Origin: Alphaproteobacteria bacterium
Lineage (GTDB): Bacteria; Pseudomonadota; Alphaproteobacteria; CAAHEQ01; UBA3637
DNA: 41,443 nt
Direction of reading: 5' to 3'
Assembly (NCBI GenBank): GCA_045614105.1
Contig: JAZLCF010000129.1
Span: forward strand, 1 to 41,443
Translations under genes and position numbers: made by a program
Notes under the pieces: model-generated
What the model saw: the letters and a program-made list of their open reading frames with translations, nothing else
Told to the model about the DNA's origin: nothing
Database searches by the model: none
Shown: one piece after another, positions 16,203 through 23,875 of the stretch
How the letters are laid out: the number at the start of each line of letters is the position of its first letter
Position numbering within the stretch: position 1 is the stretch's first letter

Positions 16203-19200
16203 ATGAAAAAGAATGATGTTGAAGCCGGTCGTTCAATGCTGGAAACATTAAGTGTTGTGGCGATGATTATGGTGGTGACAATTGCCAGCATTGCAGGTTT
16301 TGATTATTTGATACAATATAGAAATCGTCAGGAAACCGTTAAAACGGTCAATTTGTTGGTCACATCCATCAAATCTTCGGATTTTACGCGTCGACAACAG
16401 AAGGTAAATTCTGTGTTAAAGGCCGATGAAGTTGTCAAAGGACCAAAGGTGAATGAAAAAGGTGTTTTGGAGTTGCCTGATTCCCCTAATAGTTATGGTG
16501 TTGTACGTACCTTGAAGCAGGGAGGGTATATGGTGGCCTTGCAAATCAATCCCATGGTTTGTGATGAGATGTTTAAATCTTTGGCGGCTCAATCCGCTAT
16601 TGTGTTTCCTATGTTTGATAAAAATGGGACGCGGTTGACGGATCCCGGCGCTCCAATGTCTTCGGGTGATTTTGAAAATGCCAGCAAGTGTGCTGTTGAA
16701 AAATTGGCAGGTGAAGAGTCGGATGCGGAAGGGGTTAAGTGTCCAACAGCGACTGAATGTAAAGGATCAAATACACCGGATTATTGTAAGGGTGTGGATT
16801 TAAAAGAGTATGAAAAACAAGTAAAGGAAGGAGAGGCAAAGGAAGCACTGACTGACCGCTACAACGCAATTATGAAAGCTTGCAGTGGTGGCAATGGTTC
16901 TGGGGAATCCACCGCGTCTGCGTCGGAAGACACGGGTGTGGTGTCTGGGTATGTCTTGGCGGGGTTTGGAGGCCCTGGTGTCATTGGTTCTGGTGGTGGA
17001 ACGGGGGCTGGTTTCATATTGACTGGGTGTGATAATCCTGATGCTATCCAAGGAACACACGATTTGGCAGGTGCCAGTGTGCGGTGTTGTGATCCAAAGG
17101 ATGTATGTGGTGATGTTTGTAATTGTCCACCGGAAAATCAGGTCACTGTGAGTGGGCAATGTGTTTGCGCAGAATGTGATCTAGATAAGGAATTCCATGA
17201 TGTTGAAACTTGTACAAATAAATATTCCCTCTATCAAAGACACGTTTGTGTTCCTGCAAATATTCCATATTGTGGAGAATGTTCTGTAGACGCTGATTGT
17301 CGGATAGATGGTTATGATCCATATAAGGACGATGGGACTGCCTATAAGGATCATGAAAAATATGATGGCTTTAGAAAAAAGAATGATGAGGGCGTCTACG
17401 AATATAATATGTTCTGTGTGAAGGGCAATGTGTGTCGTGAATGTAATCACGGTTATACAGAGGGAAAATCTGACGATGATACGGTTGTCAGCGATGGTGC
17501 GGGCAATGCATATTGTCCCAAAGACAGACCAATGTGTACGGCGGGTGCATGTCAGCCATGTGACGGCACGTATGATCCCAAAACGGGTAAATGTGGCTGT
17601 ATTGATAACGAGACGGAGAGTAATCTTGACGAGGGTTGTAATGAGGAGACAGGACTCAAGCTTTGTATGCCAACGAATCAAGCTTTGCGTAACCGGAATG
17701 GTGGTTGGCCAAAGGGAGAGGAGCCCTCTGGAACAACATGTAAGAAGTGTTTTGACAGTTATGATAGCACGGGTGTCACTGATGGGCGCTCCATAGAGGC
17801 TGATGATGGTTGTGAAAAGGATAAACCTCTATGTCAGGTGAGTGAGAGCCAGAAGGATAAGAAGAACAAGTATGGTGATTTTTGCCATAAGTGTCGGCGC
17901 AGTACTCTAAAACCGGATGACTTCAAAGCAGAAATGTATGATGAGGGGTGTTCTGACGCTGCTGGGGGACGAGTGTGTAAGGCCAAATATGATGAATATG
18001 GTGATGAAGGGTGTGCCTTCTGCGTTGATGATGTGGGTGGTGCGGCTGTTGACACGGGTTGTGCTGGCAACACGGATGGTAAGTTATGTTGGGTGACCTT
18101 GTATGCCGGAGAGACCATACTCCAAGGAACGGGGCGTACTGGAACTGGGTGTGCAAAATGCTTCAATAACTATCCTGATGCAACGCAAAAACCTGAGAAT
18201 GAGGAATATGATGTGGGCTGTCCTGAAGATGCTCCTTACTGTAATGCAGAGCTGAATCACTATGGGAAGAGTTGCAAGAAGCTCCCCTCATGTACTCTGT
18301 ATGTTGATGAAAATGATGAGGAACTTTCGGATGCAGACTGTCAAGAAAAATTTGGCACGACATGTGCAAAAGTCGGTTGTACAGGACGGAAAGAGATAGG
18401 TGATAAGCTTGCATGTGTTTGCTCCGCCGCGGCGTGTCAAGATGACCAGTCAGGTGCCACTCAAGATACTGGTTGTGATGTCATAGGAGACTCTGACCAC
18501 AAGCTTTGTTTGCCGTCCGATGAGGAGAAATTGGAGCAAAATGGTGCTGGCGGAATTGGTTCGCAGTGTATGTTGTGCTTTGATGATCAACCAGATACTT
18601 CTGATAATGCCGATTCTGGTTGTGGCGATAAGCGCTTCTGTTTCAAGACTGAAGGCAAGTATGGAGATTCTTGCCGCTTGTGCAAGCGTGGTGCAAAGAT
18701 TGGTGATGAATTTAAAGGAAAGGATCCAGGATGTACTACTACTACTGTCAATCTTCCTGTGTGTCCTGCCACTTCAGGATCATATAGTGATGCTGATAAG
18801 ACATCTTGTGTCAGATGCATTGACGATGCTGATGGAGAGGAAACAGATACAGGTTGTGCAGATCAAACAGAGGAAGATACGCGAAAGGGAATCAAGAAAT
18901 TGTTGTGTGTCGATGAGGAAAACCCAACACCACATGACACCATTAAAACGAATAAGCCTGGAACTGTCTGTAAGTTATGCTATAACAACGTGAGCGATGT
19001 AGTGTTTAGACCAGGACAGTATGACATAGGATGTTCAACCGATCGTCCATACTGTGATGCGCCATGGCATGAATATGGTGATGAATGCAAGGATGAGCCT
19101 CCTGAAGCGACCGAATGTACAAGATATGTTGTGAGCAGTAAAGGTGGTTTTGAAGAGGTATTGCCAGCAGATTGTCAGGCCACAGTGGGCAAAGCATGCA

Positions 19201-20423
19201 CCCCAGAAAATTGTCCGACGATGGTCTTTTTTGCCGAAGGTGAGAACACCGATATCCATGCTTGTTATTGTGAAGGACAAACAGAGCCCAAACCTTGTGA
19301 CGATGGATACTATGTGGCAGGGACAGGTGAAGATCCTAAGGAGTTAAAGTTAGATGGGGCTGAGTGTGCTGCTTTGCTGGCTAAAGACGGCATAGGTTGT
19401 GCTAGCAACAATCCATTGTTCACAAAGAGGCAAATCATGGTGAACAACACCCTTAAACAGTATGCTTGTGTTTATTCGACAAATCCAAACGGATGCTTCT
19501 TCTCGGATGGACAGTGGATTCCTAAATATAACGAGTGGGATGATTTAAAGGTGACTATATCTCAAGATACGAATGTACCTCGCACATGTGATTGTTATGA
19601 TGTGGTGTCAACACCAGAGATAGCTGATGTTTGTAACCATTCATTGGGAGGGAAGGGGCCTTGTCAAGGTTGTAATCCGTCCTCTGGTGTATGTGGTGAT
19701 GGTTGGACGACTGTGACCAGTCGGTTGCTGAAATACTCTGTGAACACTAACTTCTATTGCGAAAGGTATTTATATCTGGAGGCCACTGAAGTAGATGATG
19801 CAGTTGATAGTTCATATCCAGAGGGAATAGTCAGTTTGGTTGATACAACTAAGTTGGATGTGACAGCGGGGGGTAGAGCCCCAAAAGTGACTTATAAGGG
19901 CAAGGCGAATTTGTATCCAGGAATTATGAATGGATGGTGCAATTATGTGTCGAGTAATCACTCTAGTCGCGCTGTGAGAGGAGAACAGCAATTTTTTGTC
20001 AAGGTTAGAGATTATTACTTGGTGGGCAACGGAATGAATGGGTATTTCTATTTCCCAACAAAGGCCTATGCTGAACAAGCATTGAAGGAGGTTAATGGTC
20101 AATGTTATGATATCCCTGCGGCAGGCAGGCATTGGAAAGGGGACTCTGCGCAAGATAGTAAATATGGGACAGGTCGTCAGTTGAAGATTGCAGTGAGCGC
20201 CGCGGAATCTGGAATACAAGGTGCTCAGGTCACCAATAGGATTGTATGGGAAACGACTCCGAATGGTGGATCAAAACTCACTTCTTGTTGGTTGAAAAGC
20301 CTTGAAGATAAAGAAGAGGCTGTGCGGAAGTGGGGAAAAGAAGGGGATTGTGACGCCTTACCACGCACTTCTAAGGGATATCCACAAGAATGTTTCCGTG
20401 AAGATTGGGCGTGTTATTGGTGA
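16203..20423 (+). CDS. Giant (1,406 aa) prepilin-type N-terminal domain protein with a very large cysteine-rich repeat passenger (putative modular type IV pilin/pseudopilin-like surface protein)
   Basis: The N-terminus MKKNDVEAG|RSMLETLSVVAMIMVVTIASIAGFDYLIQY has a short basic leader, Gly at -1, Glu at +5 and about 20 hydrophobic residues, which is a class III signal. A pilin-like head carries the Cys pair C120/C163. A G/S/E-rich linker follows. Residues 276-1032 have Cys every 8-10 residues, including ten D-x-G-C...C...C-x-x-C modules. A distinct C-terminal domain spans 1033-1406. The frame is uninterrupted over 4.2 kb, and only short shadow ORFs occur in other frames. Confidence 0.85.
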   Translation: MKKNDVEAGRSMLETLSVVAMIMVVTIASIAGFDYLIQYRNRQETVKTVNLLVTSIKSSDFTRRQQKVNSVLKADEVVKGPKVNEKGVLELPDSPNSYGVVRTLKQGGYMVALQINPMVCDEMFKSLAAQSAIVFPMFDKNGTRLTDPGAPMSSGDFENASKCAVEKLAGEESDAEGVKCPTATECKGSNTPDYCKGVDLKEYEKQVKEGEAKEALTDRYNAIMKACSGGNGSGESTASASEDTGVVSGYVLAGFGGPGVIGSGGGTGAGFILTGCDNPDAIQGTHDLAGASVRCCDPKDVCGDVCNCPPENQVTVSGQCVCAECDLDKEFHDVETCTNKYSLYQRHVCVPANIPYCGECSVDADCRIDGYDPYKDDGTAYKDHEKYDGFRKKNDEGVYEYNMFCVKGNVCRECNHGYTEGKSDDDTVVSDGAGNAYCPKDRPMCTAGACQPCDGTYDPKTGKCGCIDNETESNLDEGCNEETGLKLCMPTNQALRNRNGGWPKGEEPSGTTCKKCFDSYDSTGVTDGRSIEADDGCEKDKPLCQVSESQKDKKNKYGDFCHKCRRSTLKPDDFKAEMYDEGCSDAAGGRVCKAKYDEYGDEGCAFCVDDVGGAAVDTGCAGNTDGKLCWVTLYAGETILQGTGRTGTGCAKCFNNYPDATQKPENEEYDVGCPEDAPYCNAELNHYGKSCKKLPSCTLYVDENDEELSDADCQEKFGTTCAKVGCTGRKEIGDKLACVCSAAACQDDQSGATQDTGCDVIGDSDHKLCLPSDEEKLEQNGAGGIGSQCMLCFDDQPDTSDNADSGCGDKRFCFKTEGKYGDSCRLCKRGAKIGDEFKGKDPGCTTTTVNLPVCPATSGSYSDADKTSCVRCIDDADGEETDTGCADQTEEDTRKGIKKLLCVDEENPTPHDTIKTNKPGTVCKLCYNNVSDVVFRPGQYDIGCSTDRPYCDAPWHEYGDECKDEPPEATECTRYVVSSKGGFEEVLPADCQATVGKACTPENCPTMVFFAEGENTDIHACYCEGQTEPKPCDDGYYVAGTGEDPKELKLDGAECAALLAKDGIGCASNNPLFTKRQIMVNNTLKQYACVYSTNPNGCFFSDGQWIPKYNEWDDLKVTISQDTNVPRTCDCYDVVSTPEIADVCNHSLGGKGPCQGCNPSSGVCGDGWTTVTSRLLKYSVNTNFYCERYLYLEATEVDDAVDSSYPEGIVSLVDTTKLDVTAGGRAPKVTYKGKANLYPGIMNGWCNYVSSNHSSRAVRGEQQFFVKVRDYYLVGNGMNGYFYFPTKAYAEQALKEVNGQCYDIPAAGRHWKGDSAQDSKYGTGRQLKIAVSAAESGIQGAQVTNRIVWETTPNGGSKLTSCWLKSLEDKEEAVRKWGKEGDCDALPRTSKGYPQECFREDWACYW

Positions 20424-20436
20424 CAAAGCTCCAAAA

Positions 20437-20464
20437 GCCTCATCTGAATGGTGGGGCTTTTTTT
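20437..20464 (+). terminator. Rho-independent terminator after the giant ORF
   Basis: Stem GCCTCA / TGGGGC (one G:U) with a loop of about 9 nt, followed by TTTTTTT (20458-20464). It lies 14 nt after the TGA stop. Confidence 0.6.
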
Positions 20465-20465
20465 C

Positions 20466-20500
20466 TTTACATTTGTATGCAAAAAACATATAATTATGTG
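20466..20500 (+). promoter_or_regulatory. Candidate promoter TTTACA-N17-TATAAT with an overlapping AT-rich imperfect palindrome (possible operator)
   Basis: -35 at 20466-20471 and -10 at 20489-20494. The palindrome CATATAATTATGTG (20487-20500; 12 of 14 positions symmetric) overlaps the -10. Confidence 0.4.
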
Positions 20501-20521
20501 CTGTAAATGAAAGGAGCAACT

Positions 20522-21097
20522 ATGCCAACATTAAAAGGAACTGAAACAGAAAAAAATTTATTAAAATCTTTTGCGGGGGAATCGCAAGCACGCAACCGTT
20601 ATACGTATTTCGCCAGCAAGGCTAAAAAAGAAGGATATGAACAAATTGCGGCGATTTTTGAAGAAACTGCTAATCAAGAGAAAGAACATGCCAAGCGCTT
20701 TTTTAAGTTTTTGGAGGGCGGCGATGTGATGATTGAAGCGGCTTTCCCCGCTGGCAAAATTGGTACAACTGCCGAGAATTTAGCTGCTGCTGCCGCGGGA
20801 GAAGAAGAGGAATGGTCTAAGGCTTATCCTGCTATGGCTGAAACAGCAGAAAAGGAAGGTTTTCCAGAAATTGCTGCGGTGTGGCGGGCTGTTAGTGTGG
20901 CTGAACAATTCCATGGAGAACGTTATCAAGCCTTAAAAGCGAATTTGGATAAAGGCGAAGTGTTTGATAAGATAGGGGAAAGTGAATGGCGTTGTCGCAA
21001 CTGTGGCTTTGTGATTAAAAGCAAAACAGCCCCGCTTGCCTGTCCTGCTTGCGCACACCCTCAAGCATATTTTGAGTTGGTGGCACGCAATTGGTAA
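20522..21097 (+). CDS. rbr: Rubrerythrin
   Basis: The ferritin-like diiron domain (ESQARNRYTYFASKAKKEGYEQIAAIFEETANQEKEHAK) is followed by a C-terminal rubredoxin-like WRCRNCGF...CPACAHP. Start set at 20522 behind SD AAGGAG. Confidence 0.9.
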   Translation: MPTLKGTETEKNLLKSFAGESQARNRYTYFASKAKKEGYEQIAAIFEETANQEKEHAKRFFKFLEGGDVMIEAAFPAGKIGTTAENLAAAAAGEEEEWSKAYPAMAETAEKEGFPEIAAVWRAVSVAEQFHGERYQALKANLDKGEVFDKIGESEWRCRNCGFVIKSKTAPLACPACAHPQAYFELVARNW

Positions 21098-21122
21098 AAG
21101 GGAAGTTCCCTGTTGAATATTA

Positions 21123-21151
21123 AGCCCCGCGAAAAACGGGGCTATTTTTTT
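21123..21151 (+). terminator. Rho-independent terminator after rbr
   Basis: AGCCCCG-CGAAAAA-CGGGGCT followed by ATTTTTTT. It sits between the convergent rbr and Sel1-repeat genes. Confidence 0.8.
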
Positions 21152-21190
21152 GCAGAGATGTTCGTTTCAAAAAAAGGTTCCTAGGCCTTA

Positions 21191-22573
21191 TTAAAAGAAA
21201 TCTAAAATTTTCTTTTTTTTGCTTTCGGCAGCGGCCTCTTTTTGGCTGTTGTCAAATAACTCCTTGCCCTTCTCTAACTCCGCTTGGGAAGCATTAGCAC
21301 GCACCGCCATTAAGGCTTGCTGGACAACACCATTCAGAACTGGATCTGGTGTATCGCTGATATTCAGCAACCATCGATAACATTCTGCGGTATTTGCAGA
21401 TCCCGTCCATCCTTCACAATTTGCTTTGGCCAGTTGATATTGTGCATAAGGATCTTTTAAATCGGCTCCTTTTTGATACCATTTGATTGCCTCTTGTGGA
21501 TCATGTATTCTATGATTCAAAATATCTCCTAAATAGGCCGCGGCCTTTTTTTTATTGGCCTTTAAGGCTTTTTCAATTGTTTGAACCAATTCAGTTTTAT
21601 TTCCAGTTGCTTCTGCCAGATCTATTTGTTCCATCGTCAATCCAAAGGCTGAGGCATCCTGTGGTAAAATTCCCTCAGAGAGCAAAATTTGCTGTAAAGT
21701 TTTAGGATCATTAAATTCGGGAATGACAAAAGCATCTGTTGTTTCTCGTTCTTCTTTTGGAACAGATTGGGCGGGTGTTTTGGGGGTCCAGGTGCGAATT
21801 TCGGCTTGCCATTTAGACAGATCCTTGCTGCTTAATTTGGTGGCCAGTATGTCGCGCTTTTTGGAGGCCTTTGTTCCAATAGCATCTGAATTATATGCTG
21901 CCAAAATAGCATTCCAAGCATAGGCCTCACCCAAACTTTTTAACTTTGGATTGTTTTCTGTTAAATCAGCTAATTTTAATTGTGCCTGTACAAATCCTTG
22001 ATGAGCGGCACGCGAGAACCATTGCATTGCTTTTTGATAGTTTTGAGGAATGCCGCGTCCTATTAAATACATCTGTCCAAGTTGAAACTGCGCTTTTTTA
22101 TTGCCCTTGAGGGCCGCAATAGAATAATAACCAAAGGCATGATTATAATTAGTGTCTTCATTTAATCCATCTACGATGGAATTACCCAGTTCAAATGCGG
22201 CCTCATCATCACCTGCTAAAGCGGATTTTTTTAATAAATCAATGGCCGTTTTAGGATCGGCTGGTACGCCTGTTGAGCCATGTAAGAGTATCTTACCCAA
22301 TTGCGCAGCGGCGGGTAAATAATAGGCCTTATCTGCAGCTTTAAAATAAGCGACAGCCTGTGGAATATTTTTTTGAACGCCCCAACCATTTTGATACATT
22401 CGTCCCAAATAATAAAAAGCTGTTGGGCTGCCCTGATCGGCCAATTCTTTAAATTCGGAGAATGCATTTGAATATTGCTGATAATTCAGGCTCATTAAAG
22501 CTTCTGGCAGTCCCGCCCACGCAGGAGCCGTCAACCATGAAGTCATTATCAAAAAAAATACTTTTCTTTTCAT
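21191..22573 (-). CDS. Secreted Sel1-like repeat (SLR/TPR) protein
   Basis: Signal peptide MKRKVFFLIMTSWLTAPAWA. Repeated SLR units: YYLGRMYQNGWGVQKNIPQAVAYFKAA, FQLGQMYLIGRGIPQNYQKAMQWFSRAA, AQYQLAKANCEGW... SD AGAGGTGA upstream. Confidence 0.85.
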   Translation of the reverse strand: MKRKVFFLIMTSWLTAPAWAGLPEALMSLNYQQYSNAFSEFKELADQGSPTAFYYLGRMYQNGWGVQKNIPQAVAYFKAADKAYYLPAAAQLGKILLHGSTGVPADPKTAIDLLKKSALAGDDEAAFELGNSIVDGLNEDTNYNHAFGYYSIAALKGNKKAQFQLGQMYLIGRGIPQNYQKAMQWFSRAAHQGFVQAQLKLADLTENNPKLKSLGEAYAWNAILAAYNSDAIGTKASKKRDILATKLSSKDLSKWQAEIRTWTPKTPAQSVPKEERETTDAFVIPEFNDPKTLQQILLSEGILPQDASAFGLTMEQIDLAEATGNKTELVQTIEKALKANKKKAAAYLGDILNHRIHDPQEAIKWYQKGADLKDPYAQYQLAKANCEGWTGSANTAECYRWLLNISDTPDPVLNGVVQQALMAVRANASQAELEKGKELFDNSQKEAAAESKKKKILDFF

Positions 22574-22672
22574 AAATCACCTCTTAAAGGCTTTATAGCA
22601 CACTTTTTATCAGATGTCCAACATTTATTTTGTTGAGCGAGCTATCGGGATGAAAGGGTATTCTCACTTGAT

Positions 22673-23863
22673 TTAATTGATTAGATTTTGGACGAGCGTG
22701 TTTAAGTCAGCCTCTTGACTGGGCGCTAATGTAGATTTTAGGCTAATAATGGGGCTAATAAGTTGTATATCTTTCATCTGTTCCAGCAAAGTTTGCATTT
22801 GTTTTGCCGCCGTTGGGGCCCAAGATCCATTTTCTATTAGAGCAATTTTGCGTCCTTGTACACCATGTGCGATCATATCTCGCAGCAGGTATTCCATCGG
22901 TTCAAACAAATTGCCATCATGTGTGGTCGCAGCCAGCACTAAATGGGAGGCGCGAAATACTTCTGCCAGTACAATATCTCGGCTAGTTTTAGATAGATCA
23001 TATACACGTACAGGCCAACCATGGTGGACTAAACTGTCGGCCACTATATTTGCCACGTGTCCCGTATGACCATACATTGTTGCATAAGCCACAACAACGG
23101 CCTTTTCTTCGGGTTGATAGGTTGACCAATGTTGATATTTATCCAGCAAGAAGCCTAAATCTCTTCGCCAAACCAGACCATGTAGAGGACAAATGGTTTG
23201 AATATCAAGTTTGGCAGCCTTTGTTAAGACAGCCTGAACGGGTGTTCCATACTTACCAACGATATTAGCGTAATACCGACGTGCTTCGGCCAAATAATCG
23301 TTCTGAAAATCTACTTCATCAGCGAACATAGCCCCGTCTAATGTGCCAAAAGAGCCAAAAGCATCTGCGGAAAATAACAATTTTTGACGTTGTTCATAGG
23401 TCATCATAACCTCAGGCCAATGTACCATTGGGGCCATCATAAATTGTAGCGTATTATGTCCTAAAGAAAGGGTATCTCCCTCTTTGACTATTTGTGTATT
23501 GAAGATTAAATCCTCTCTAAAAAATTGATAAATCATTTCTTTTGTTTTGATATTACAGACAACGGTCACATTCGGATATCGGTGAATTAAATCCGCCAGT
23601 GTGGCTGAGTGATCTGGTTCCATGTGTTGAATGATCACATAATCCAAGGGGCGGCCGTTCAAGGCGTCTGCTAGGTTTTCAAAAAATACATCAGCCACCG
23701 AGATATCCACTGTATCCATTAAAGCTGTTTTTCCATCCAAAATCACATAGCTGTTATAAGAAATACCATTAGGCAAAGGATAGATATTTTCAAACAATTC
23801 CAATCGCCGATCGTCTGCTCCAACCCAAATAATATCTTTAGTCACGTTCTGTATATTTGCCAT
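22673..23863 (-). CDS. fprA: Flavodiiron protein (FprA-type: MBL-like diiron domain + flavodoxin domain)
   Basis: The HMEPDHSA diiron ligand motif (HxExDH) sits in an MBL-like fold. The C-terminal flavodoxin-like domain reads VVVAYATMYGHTGHVA... 396 aa, with no rubredoxin extension. SD AAGGAG upstream. Confidence 0.9.
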   Translation of the reverse strand: MANIQNVTKDIIWVGADDRRLELFENIYPLPNGISYNSYVILDGKTALMDTVDISVADVFFENLADALNGRPLDYVIIQHMEPDHSATLADLIHRYPNVTVVCNIKTKEMIYQFFREDLIFNTQIVKEGDTLSLGHNTLQFMMAPMVHWPEVMMTYEQRQKLLFSADAFGSFGTLDGAMFADEVDFQNDYLAEARRYYANIVGKYGTPVQAVLTKAAKLDIQTICPLHGLVWRRDLGFLLDKYQHWSTYQPEEKAVVVAYATMYGHTGHVANIVADSLVHHGWPVRVYDLSKTSRDIVLAEVFRASHLVLAATTHDGNLFEPMEYLLRDMIAHGVQGRKIALIENGSWAPTAAKQMQTLLEQMKDIQLISPIISLKSTLAPSQEADLNTLVQNLIN

Positions 23864-23875
23864 TTTTTCTCCTTG

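Noticed and set aside
16800-20219. Multiple 60-170-aa ORFs in other frames and on the other strand inside the giant ORF (e.g. 17181-17681, 17428-17796, 17834-18166, 18520-18993, 19812-20219)
   Set aside because: These are shadow ORFs caused by the biased G/T-rich codon composition (TGT/TGC, GGT, GAT) of the 4.2-kb frame. Their translations are His/Pro/Thr/Arg-rich nonsense with no start signals.
20487-20500. Calling the palindrome upstream of rbr a bona fide PerR box
   Set aside because: It does not fit the 7-1-7 TTATAATNATTATAA consensus because it has no central spacer. It is kept only as a low-confidence candidate operator.
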